Below are positions 53,212 to 61,295 of a stretch of DNA of 64,000 nucleotides, one piece after another (positions within the stretch are counted from its first letter, which is position 1; each line of letters opens with the position of its first letter). The notes under the pieces are model-generated. The model saw only the letters and a list, made by a program, of their open reading frames with translations, did not search any database and was not told the origin of the DNA. Origin of the DNA: Candidatus Accumulibacter cognatus (GTDB lineage: Bacteria > Pseudomonadota > Gammaproteobacteria > Burkholderiales > Rhodocyclaceae); contig CP058708.1 of NCBI GenBank assembly GCA_013414765.1, forward strand, positions 4,630,748 through 4,694,747, in the 5' to 3' direction. Position numbers and translations under genes: made by a program.

Positions 53212-53721
53212 ATGTACAATCCGATAGAGAAATTCACCAGCGCCACCACTTTTGATGCGCTCATGACAGTGGTCAATACCGCACTGGACTGCGTCGGCCA
53301 GTTGGCCGCATTGAATCTGCAGACGGCACGGGCTGTCGCCGAGCGCGGTCACGAAAACCTCAACACCCTCAGCTCGGTCAGGGATCTGTCGGGCCTGCTG
53401 GCCCTGCGGCAACCAATGGCCATGGCCGCCGTCGAGCAGTCGATAGCCTACTCGCGGCGTGTATACGAAATCTGCAACGAGTCGTCGAATGTCTTTGCCA
53501 ATGTCTACGAAGGCCAGGTCGGTGGCCTCGGCCGCGGTCTGGTGGAGACGCTCGCCAAGAGTCGCCAGAATCTTTCACCGGTTGTCGACTTCGCGGTCGG
53601 GACTGCGAAATCGCTGCTCTCGAAGGCAGGCCAGAACGATGGCAGATACGTCAAATTGCTGACGCAGGACTCGGCAGCCATTGGTCAGGCGGCAGCAGTC
53701 AAACTGATCAAATCCTGCTGA
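53212..53721 (+). CDS. phasin-family (PHA-granule-associated) protein
   Basis: 169 aa, Ala-rich amphipathic helices, phasin_2-like pattern; call is by composition and pattern, not close homology. Confidence 0.6.
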   Translation: MYNPIEKFTSATTFDALMTVVNTALDCVGQLAALNLQTARAVAERGHENLNTLSSVRDLSGLLALRQPMAMAAVEQSIAYSRRVYEICNESSNVFANVYEGQVGGLGRGLVETLAKSRQNLSPVVDFAVGTAKSLLSKAGQNDGRYVKLLTQDSAAIGQAAAVKLIKSC

Positions 53722-53979
53722 TCCAGTCATCAGCATCATTCCACGTGTGCCGCTTCCGTAAAACCCGGTGCAGGGCACCGGGTTTTTTTCGCAGCACGAC
53801 GACTTTCTCAGGGATCGTCGAGTCCGTGGGCGGGCACAAGACGACAGCGAAGCGCTTGTCAGCAAGATTGCTATGCTGTAAAAACGGGCAGAACACTGGA
53901 AGGAATTGCCAGAACTGAATCTGCGGCGCAAACTGCCATACCTTTCCAGTTCGCGAAGGCATTTTTTGGGGATAGTCAG

Positions 53980-54255
53980 ATGACTGAAACGATTGTTGCT
54001 TACCTGAGAGCCAATGCGGAGCAACTTGATGTGGATATGGCCGAGGCGCTCAATATCCCGATCGTCGAGTTACGCGAGCAGATTGCCCGGCTCGCTGCAT
54101 CGGGAGACGTAATCTGTTGCAGGGTAACTCGCTTCATCGATGGCCGGAAGATCGAGGGTATCAGTTGTCGCCTCTCGTGCGATCCGCCGACGCCGGCGCG
54201 CGGGCGCAAACCGGGCGTAAAAAAGGACGACGATTCGGAGGTAAACCTGTTTTAA
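53980..54255 (+). CDS. small winged-helix-like hypothetical protein (FeoC-like fold?)
   Basis: 91 aa; MTETIVAYLRANAEQLDVDMAEALNIPIVELREQIARLAASGDV resembles small wHTH proteins; Cys-containing C-terminus. Confidence 0.35.
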   Translation: MTETIVAYLRANAEQLDVDMAEALNIPIVELREQIARLAASGDVICCRVTRFIDGRKIEGISCRLSCDPPTPARGRKPGVKKDDDSEVNLF

Positions 54256-54308
54256 GCGGGCGCACGCGGCCGTCCACGTGCTGTTGTGCCATGCTATACC
54301 GTGCGCGG

Positions 54309-54866
54309 TCACGATTGAATCTTCTGGAAGGTTTGGAAGTTCAGGGTCAATAGGGACTGTAGCGCCTTGGCGTGGATGGTGTGGGTATCTTGCAAGCAGC
54401 GTTCGATGGCCGTCGTGAAGGAATGGAAGTCGGGGTAGTACTTGGCGTAGAGGCACTGCTTTTTGACGAACTTCCACAAACGCTCGATGAGGTTCAAATT
54501 TGGGGAGTAGGTGGGTAAAAAGAGCAACTCGATCTTCAGTTTCTCGGCGCAGGTTTTCACCAACGCACAACGCTGATAGCGGGCGTTGTCCAGGACGACC
54601 GTCATAGGCAGCGTGGGCCGTAGGGTAACCAGTTTCTCCAGCAAAGCACAGACGCTGAGCGAATTGATGTAGGTGGAATTGACGACGGTGACGACCTCTT
54701 TGGTGACGGCGTCGAGCGCACCCAGTACGTTGAAGCGCTGCCGGCCCGAGGGCGCCTTGATCCAGACCCGAGCAAGGCACCACACCACCGACAGGAAGGC
54801 GCCCAAGACAAAGTGTGCCGCGTCTACGAAGAACACGGCACGTTGGCCCGCTTGGGCTTCTGCCAA
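54309..54866 (-). CDS. IS630-family transposase orfB (DDE domain)
   Basis: VVLDNARYQR...LLFLPTYSPNLNLIERLWKFVK DDE region; presumably expressed as an orfAB fusion by -1 frameshift. Confidence 0.75.
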   Translation of the reverse strand: MAEAQAGQRAVFFVDAAHFVLGAFLSVVWCLARVWIKAPSGRQRFNVLGALDAVTKEVVTVVNSTYINSLSVCALLEKLVTLRPTLPMTVVLDNARYQRCALVKTCAEKLKIELLFLPTYSPNLNLIERLWKFVKKQCLYAKYYPDFHSFTTAIERCLQDTHTIHAKALQSLLTLNFQTFQKIQS

Positions 54867-55370
54867 ACGCGGTTCAAGTTCTTTTTTTTAAAGGCTTCCT
54901 GGACCTCGGGATCCGCCTTGGCCGGCAGGGTGCCGGTCTTCAGGCGTCTCATCCCGCACTTCTCTCGCAGGAAAAGCCGCACCTGAGTCGGCGAGCGGCT
55001 CAAACCCGTGAGCTTTCTGATCGCATCCACGGCCTCATGGATCGAAGCCGGCGGATGGGTGAGAAAATAAGCCCCGATCGTCTCCTGATGCGCCACCAGT
55101 TCGCTCTGCGGCCGACGGAAATGCAGTTCCTTCAGCCCGGCGACGCCGCCCTCCACATACTGCTGGAGGTAGGTGCGAAGCGTCTTGCCGCTCACGCCCG
55201 CGAGCCGCGCGATATCTTGATGCGCAAGCCCCTGGCTTTTCAGCCACAGCGCTTCCATCTTGCGTCGCACGTGGGGATGCGGATGGTGAAATCGCTCGTG
55301 CTCTAAGGCGTCCGCCTCCGCCGGGGTAAAGGTCAGTCTCAGCATCGCAGCCTGTCCCTACAGAAAGCAA
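54340..55370 (-). mobile_element. IS630-family insertion sequence with two overlapping transposase ORFs
   Basis: orfA (HTH) and orfB (DDE) overlap around an A8 slippery run; imperfect terminal inverted repeats containing TAGGGAC at ~54344-54360 and ~55353-55369. Confidence 0.7.
54824..55345 (-). CDS. IS630-family transposase orfA (HTH domain)
   Basis: MLRLTFTPAEADALEHERFHHPHPHVRRKMEALWLKSQGLAHQDIARLAGVS is a typical IS630/Tc1 N-terminal paired HTH. Confidence 0.75.
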   Translation of the reverse strand: MLRLTFTPAEADALEHERFHHPHPHVRRKMEALWLKSQGLAHQDIARLAGVSGKTLRTYLQQYVEGGVAGLKELHFRRPQSELVAHQETIGAYFLTHPPASIHEAVDAIRKLTGLSRSPTQVRLFLREKCGMRRLKTGTLPAKADPEVQEAFKKKNLNRVWQKPKRANVPCSS

Positions 55371-55500
55371 TGCTCGAATTCTACAGCCCATTACACCAGA
55401 CAGTTAAAGTCGTTTGTTACCTATTTCAGTATATATCCACCACCTTCGGTCAGGCGAGAGTTCACGCGACGCCCGTACCCGGCATGACGCTGCCGCCGGG

Positions 55501-56940
55501 TCATCTGAGCAGATGCAGCTTGAAATGGCCCTTTATGAACTCCTGGAATTTTACGACGCCTTTCAAGGCGATTTGCAGCCTGCCGAACTCCATCATGTTC
55601 AACCGCTCGAGCTGAATGTAGTTGTCGGGCGTGCGCCCTTCGCTCAGAGCTTCCACCTGCCCGCGCAGGCGCATCAAGACCAGAAAGTCGAAGCTCTCGG
55701 CAATGGTGGCCACCATTTTCTTGTTGACCACCTTGTCCCTGAGCAGTGCTTCCAGGCGTTGATGGGTGCTGCCCTCCAGCTTGCCGGCCTGAATCGCGAG
55801 CGCCTTGACGCCCTCGGACAGCGCAAAGATGCCGGCTTTCTTGATCTCCAGCATGCCCGAGTGCTCCCCGTCCTTCTCACCCTTGATCTTGCCAAACCAG
55901 CCGATCGGGGGGGCAAAGCGCAGTGTGTTCTCGACCATGCGCATCAGGAACAATTCGTTTCGCTGCACGTGCTTGTAGACCTGCGCCTTGAGTTGCTCCT
56001 CAAAGGAGGGGTCGCCGTAGATGGTGCGAATGTCGACAAAAGTGCCACAACTGAGGACGTGGTTCGGAGTGGGCGCCTGTAACCAGCGGTCGAGTTGATC
56101 GCTCCACTTGCCGAGGCTGCGTCGCCACTCCTTGTTGTTGGCCATGATCCCGCCCGTGCAGGGGGGAATGCCGATAGCAATCAGCGAATCGATCAGTACC
56201 TGCGAGAAATCTTCAATCTTCCGGATCTCGCCAGGCCCGAGTTCATCACCATAGATGATGGCATTGTCCTGATCGGTGAGTAAGGTCTGTTCACCGCGCC
56301 CCTCACTACCGAGCACGACAAAGGCAAAACGTTCCGGCAGGTCGGAGAAGCGATCCTGGCGAATGAGGGCAATCAGGCGCAGGAGAATCTGGTCGTTAAG
56401 ATGGGCAATCATGCGCACCACGTCGCGCGTCTTGGTGCCGCTGCCGCTGAGATGAAGGACCAGGTCCTGGATTCTCGTGTAAACCGTTTTCAGTTCTTCG
56501 AGGTCTCGGGCATTCTCGATGTCGAGTACCAGTTGATGCGGGGAGTGCGATTGCAGGCGGATGATGTCACTGTCGGTGATGATCCCCGAGAGCTTGCCCT
56601 GGCCGTCGACGACCACCAGACGATGGATCCGCTCGCGTGACATCCGATACAGGGCTTCGTAGAGCAGATCGTTCTCGCCAATCACCGACAATGGGCGGTT
56701 CATGATCGCCCGGACGGCCAGCGTAGACGGATCGGTGCCCGCAGCGACAACCTTGTTGCGCAGGTCACGGTCGGTCATGATGCCGCTTGGCAGATGGTTT
56801 TCACAGACCACGACGCTGGAGATGTTCTTCTCCCGCATGGTTCCGACCACATCGACCAGTGCATCATCCGGTTCGCAGGTGACCACGATGCGCTGGCAGA
56901 AATCCTTTACCGGGCGAAAATACTGACCTTCTTCAGCCAT
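55501..56940 (-). CDS. CBS-pair plus DUF294 putative nucleotidyltransferase signalling protein
   Basis: Two N-terminal CBS domains, then a DUF294 nucleotidyltransferase-like domain (FAFVVLGSEGRGEQTLLTDQDNAIIY) and DUF294_C. Confidence 0.8.
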   Translation of the reverse strand: MAEEGQYFRPVKDFCQRIVVTCEPDDALVDVVGTMREKNISSVVVCENHLPSGIMTDRDLRNKVVAAGTDPSTLAVRAIMNRPLSVIGENDLLYEALYRMSRERIHRLVVVDGQGKLSGIITDSDIIRLQSHSPHQLVLDIENARDLEELKTVYTRIQDLVLHLSGSGTKTRDVVRMIAHLNDQILLRLIALIRQDRFSDLPERFAFVVLGSEGRGEQTLLTDQDNAIIYGDELGPGEIRKIEDFSQVLIDSLIAIGIPPCTGGIMANNKEWRRSLGKWSDQLDRWLQAPTPNHVLSCGTFVDIRTIYGDPSFEEQLKAQVYKHVQRNELFLMRMVENTLRFAPPIGWFGKIKGEKDGEHSGMLEIKKAGIFALSEGVKALAIQAGKLEGSTHQRLEALLRDKVVNKKMVATIAESFDFLVLMRLRGQVEALSEGRTPDNYIQLERLNMMEFGRLQIALKGVVKFQEFIKGHFKLHLLR

Positions 56941-57091
56941 CGGTCGCTGCTCCTTGTGTCTTCTGGTTCATCTGGCGCACACGTCGGGATGGTTGTCGCA
57001 AACCGGCCAAGCGACCAAAATTCTGTAATTCTAGCATTCGCGGGCAGGGTGAGCGATGCCTGGCGCGATATCGCCTCAGGAGCCGGGTGGT

Positions 57092-58111
57092 CTACTCGCG
57101 GATCGGCCCGAACTCGATCGGCACCCAGGCGTAGCCTTTCCTTTCGCTGCGGACGTGGCCAATGCCGGGGAAGGGCAGGTGCATGCCGGCGACCAGCACC
57201 TTTTCCTTGGCCGTTCGAGCGAACATTGCCTTGCGCGTGGCGATTGCCTGTTTCTTGTTGACATCGAACTCGATGACGACTTCGGGACGCGAGAACTGTA
57301 CCGAGTGACTATGTACAAGGTCGCCCCAGATCAGCAGTTGCTGACCGTTCGAGGCAACCAGGTAGGCGCTGTGCCCGGGAGTATGGCCGGGAGCGGCGAC
57401 ACTTCTGATGCCGGGAACAATCTCGCCATCGGCGGCGAAGACTTTCCATTTGCCCATTTGCTGGTAGGGTGCGGCGGCGTCCTGTGCCATCTTGAAGAAG
57501 GGCTGTGCATCCTGTGGTGCCTTGGCGGCAACCTCGCTGCTCAACCAGAAGTCATTGTCGGCCTTGGCCGACCAGATCTCGGCGTTGGCGAAGGCCGGTT
57601 TGCCCTCGGGAGTGACGAGTCCATTGACGTGGTCGCCGTGCAGGTGGGTGATCAGCACCGCATCGACCTGTGCCGGATCGTAGCCGGCGGCCTTGAGGTT
57701 ATCGATAAGGTAGCCGAGTGAGGGGCCAAACTTCTTGGCAGCACCGGTATCGACGAGCACGAGCTGCTGGCCGGTGTTGATCAGGTAGGCGTTGACCGCG
57801 GTCTGCATCTGCGGGCCCTTGACGAAGAGGCGTGCCAACAGGCTCCGGATCTCCTGTTCGCTGGCGTTCTTCAGCAGCTTGCTGTCGAGATCTATGTATC
57901 CATCATACAGCGCGGTGATCTCGAAAGCGCCGACCATCGCCCGGTAGTAGCCAGGCACCTGGGTCTTCTGCAGCGCTGACGCCGCGCCTGCAAGGTTGGA
58001 GCTGAAGAGCAGCAGGGCGGCGATGAGCGCGGCAAGAAGCGAGGCGAAACCGGCGCGCTGACTGCCGTGGCCCGGCACGAGACAAACTGGAACTGACATC
58101 GAATTCTCCAT
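57092..58111 (-). CDS. MBL-fold metallo-hydrolase (secreted), lactonase/beta-lactamase-like
   Basis: Signal peptide; HLHGDHVNG zinc-binding motif plus downstream H and D ligands. Confidence 0.8.
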   Translation of the reverse strand: MENSMSVPVCLVPGHGSQRAGFASLLAALIAALLLFSSNLAGAASALQKTQVPGYYRAMVGAFEITALYDGYIDLDSKLLKNASEQEIRSLLARLFVKGPQMQTAVNAYLINTGQQLVLVDTGAAKKFGPSLGYLIDNLKAAGYDPAQVDAVLITHLHGDHVNGLVTPEGKPAFANAEIWSAKADNDFWLSSEVAAKAPQDAQPFFKMAQDAAAPYQQMGKWKVFAADGEIVPGIRSVAAPGHTPGHSAYLVASNGQQLLIWGDLVHSHSVQFSRPEVVIEFDVNKKQAIATRKAMFARTAKEKVLVAGMHLPFPGIGHVRSERKGYAWVPIEFGPIRE

Positions 58112-58245
58112 GGATGACGAAGGTATGGCCCAATAGCCATCGCGTTGCGCCCAAGGGTGCGGGCACCCCTGGAGACCGGGTACCGGTCCGCTCGCGCCCT
58201 TGGGCGCCGTGGGTTTCCCCGGCGCCGTCTGGTGCTTCCTGACCT

Positions 58246-59892
58246 TTATCCCTGTCTGACCTCCAGCAGGCTTTCATCCCACTTGGCGTGCTTCTCGAAG
58301 CCGAGCAGGTGGGTGATCGTCGCGGCGATGTTCGACAGACCAGCGCCGGGCAACGGCCTGAGACCCAGTTTGCCGCCAGTGACTGCGTCATAGAGGATCA
58401 ACGGCACCGGATTGAGGGTGTGTGAGGTCTTGGCCTTGAAGGATCCGTCCGGGTTCTGTGCCGGTTGTCTGGTCTTCTTGTCGATTTCGTACATTTCGTC
58501 GGCGTTTCCGTGGTCAGCGGTAATCAGCGCCACACCACCGAGCGCCTTGACGACCGGCAGGATGCGCGCCAGTTGCAGATCCACGGCCTCGATGGCCATG
58601 GTTGCTGCACGGAAACTGCCCGTGTGGCCGACCATGTCGCCATTCGCAAAATTGCAGCGCAAGGTCCGGTACTGGCCGCTCTGCAGGGCTTCGATCATTG
58701 CGTCGGCAATCTCCGCAGCCTTCATCCACGGTCTCTGTTCGAAGGGCACCACGTCGCTGGACACTTCCTGGTAGGTCTCGCCGTCAAATTTATTTGAGCG
58801 GTTGCCATTCCAGAAATAGGTCACGTGCCCGAATTTTTGTGTTTCGGAACAGGCAAACTGGGTAATGCCGGATTTGGCAAACCACTCGCCCATGGTATCG
58901 AGGATGGCCGGCGGATCGACCAGGAAGCGCTTGGGAAGCTTGAGGTCGCCATCGTATTGCAGCATTCCGGCATAGGTCACACGGGGCATGCGGACACGAT
59001 CGAACTTGTCGAAACCCGCTTCTTCGAAAGCACGCGTGATCTCGATCGAGCGATCGCCACGGAAGTTGAAAAAGACTACTGAATCGCCATCCTCGATGGT
59101 CCCTACGGGTCGGCCATCACTGGCGATGACGAATGCCGGCAGATCCTGGTCAATCGTTCCCGGGAACTTGACGCGCAGTGCCTGCACTGCTGCCGACGCG
59201 CTCTCGTACTGCTCGCCTTTGCCAAGAACGTGCGTCTGCCAACCTTTGTCGACCATGCTCCAGTTCGCTTCGTAGCGGTCCATGGTGATGTTCATGCGGC
59301 CACCGCCCGAGGCAATGCGGGCATCGAAGCCATCGCGGCTGACTTCGGCGAGGAAGGCCTCGAAAGGCAACACATATTCGAGCGCGCTGGTCTCGGGAAC
59401 GTCACGCCCATCGATCAGAATGTGAATCCGCACGACCGGCACGCCTTCCTCGTTGGCGCGCAGGATCATCGCTCGTAAGTGATCGATGTGGCTGTGCACA
59501 TTGCCGTCGGAAAACAGGCCGATGAAGTGGATTACCCCACGTCCGGCCTTGGCCCCGGCAATGATCTGCTGCCAGGCAGCGCCTTGCCATATCGAGCCGG
59601 AGGCAATGGCCTCAGCGACCAGCGAAGCGCCCTGGCTGTAAACCTGGCCTGCACCGATGGCATTGTGACCGACCTCGGAATTGCCCATGTCTTCGTCGGA
59701 AGGCATGCCGACAGCGGTGCCATGGGCGCGCAAGGTGATGTTCGGGTGGTTGGCGAAAAGATGATCGAGGGTCGGCTTTCTGGCAGCCGCAATCGCGCTG
59801 CCGACATCGGATTTGGCAATGCCGTAGCCATCCATGACGATCGTCACGATCGGGCCCTGAATACCAGGGAAAAAGGCAGACTTCTGCAACAT
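58246..59892 (-). CDS. gpmI: 2,3-bisphosphoglycerate-independent phosphoglycerate mutase
   Basis: iPGM N-terminus (IVMDGYG...NSEVGHNA) and C-terminal metalloenzyme domain (TADHGNADEM); start at MLQKSAFF. Confidence 0.9.
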   Translation of the reverse strand: MLQKSAFFPGIQGPIVTIVMDGYGIAKSDVGSAIAAARKPTLDHLFANHPNITLRAHGTAVGMPSDEDMGNSEVGHNAIGAGQVYSQGASLVAEAIASGSIWQGAAWQQIIAGAKAGRGVIHFIGLFSDGNVHSHIDHLRAMILRANEEGVPVVRIHILIDGRDVPETSALEYVLPFEAFLAEVSRDGFDARIASGGGRMNITMDRYEANWSMVDKGWQTHVLGKGEQYESASAAVQALRVKFPGTIDQDLPAFVIASDGRPVGTIEDGDSVVFFNFRGDRSIEITRAFEEAGFDKFDRVRMPRVTYAGMLQYDGDLKLPKRFLVDPPAILDTMGEWFAKSGITQFACSETQKFGHVTYFWNGNRSNKFDGETYQEVSSDVVPFEQRPWMKAAEIADAMIEALQSGQYRTLRCNFANGDMVGHTGSFRAATMAIEAVDLQLARILPVVKALGGVALITADHGNADEMYEIDKKTRQPAQNPDGSFKAKTSHTLNPVPLILYDAVTGGKLGLRPLPGAGLSNIAATITHLLGFEKHAKWDESLLEVRQG

Positions 59893-60073
59893 GATGGAGT
59901 CCTGGGAAAGTAAGGGGGTGTGAGCACAGGCCGCGGATCGGAAAGCCGCGACAACGACCCCAGTATACTGCAAGCCATGCTCCCCGAATTGACAAACAAT
60001 CCCATTCGAAACGGATGCTTGCAAAGCATCTGCGGGGACGCCAAGGCGCCTGGTGGCCTTCTTGCAACGGTGG

Positions 60074-61054
60074 TTAATTCTGCGGGATGCTGGCGCTCGA
60101 TGGCGAACTCCTGAGTCGGATGCGCTTGCGGATGCGCTGCTCCTTCACCTGCGGGCTAGCTTTAGAGCGTCTCCGGTATGTTCGCTTTCTGCCTCGTCGG
60201 CGGGCAATCTCCAGTGCGACCTTGCCGGCCACCATGAAAAAGAGAATCACCCAGAGCAAAGGGTAACTGAGGATTTCCTTGACCAACTCGATCAGTTCAT
60301 GGACGCCTTCAAGGTCCTTCGACGCCGGGTGAGCACTATGAGTGGACGCACGCTGGTGGTCAGATTGGCCGACATTGCGCTCGATGATGGACAGCGAAGT
60401 CTCGCCGTATCCAAAAGTCAGTTCACCGCCCTGCAAGGAATAGTGAAACCCCTCGACACCGGCCAGCGAGAAGGTCATCCGCCCTTGCGGGCCTTTGTTG
60501 AGATCGATTGCGGTCGCAATCACTTCCCTGGCCGATTCCTGCAACTCGTTGAATACCCGTATGGTTTCTTCTTCAGATTGAACGACCGCGGGATGGGCAA
60601 GGGATGCCGCGCCCCCAGGAGGCGCGGCGGCCAACGGTGGATGAGAACTGCCGCTGAGCACGGTCCGCGGCACCGCCAATAAGGGAACTGTTTCCATCTG
60701 GCCGGCTGGGTCTGAAGCGGTATCGGCACCGTGCCGCAACGGTTCGAACGGCGCTTCTGGCGATTTCGTCCCGCTTGCTGACCAGGAAGCCGGTGTGAGA
60801 ATGTGTTTTTCGATCGCCGGCAAAGAAGAGGGCAGGGGAGCGGGCGTATTATGCCCGGCAGGGACACCCATGCCCATCAGCACCGCAGGGGGAAGCAAAC
60901 CTTGGTGACTGCTGCTGGTGGCAACCGACAGGCCACCCGTATCGTTTCCCATGGGGTGTGCCAGCGCGCCAGCCGCGGTCCAGAACGACAGCACCATCAC
61001 CTGAAGCAAGCTGCATCCTGTCCGACGCGAAATCATTTCACAGATCTGGCTCAT
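60074..61054 (-). CDS. hypothetical Pro/Ser/Ala-rich protein with C-terminal TM helix and Arg/Lys tail
   Basis: ORF only; low-complexity N-region, single C-terminal TM (LLWVILFFMVAGKVALEI) then RRRGRKRTYRRR; coding status uncertain. Confidence 0.3.
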   Translation of the reverse strand: MSQICEMISRRTGCSLLQVMVLSFWTAAGALAHPMGNDTGGLSVATSSSHQGLLPPAVLMGMGVPAGHNTPAPLPSSLPAIEKHILTPASWSASGTKSPEAPFEPLRHGADTASDPAGQMETVPLLAVPRTVLSGSSHPPLAAAPPGGAASLAHPAVVQSEEETIRVFNELQESAREVIATAIDLNKGPQGRMTFSLAGVEGFHYSLQGGELTFGYGETSLSIIERNVGQSDHQRASTHSAHPASKDLEGVHELIELVKEILSYPLLWVILFFMVAGKVALEIARRRGRKRTYRRRSKASPQVKEQRIRKRIRLRSSPSSASIPQN

Positions 61055-61295
61055 TGGGTAATATAAGCAAGAATCGATCCGGGTTTGATGAGAGTTTTAT
61101 ATCAATTGACTATTGGGTGAATGATGCCCAGCAAGATGGTAAATGTAAAATATTTCGACACCGTGGATCTGCTTGACCCGTACTTCCGACAAGCCGTCTC
61201 TCTGACGCGGGTAATCGTCCGCATCCAAATAGGGCGTACTTTCAACGCCAGTTTTCAGGATAATCACGAGAACTCGAGGGAACTGGAAAGGCACG

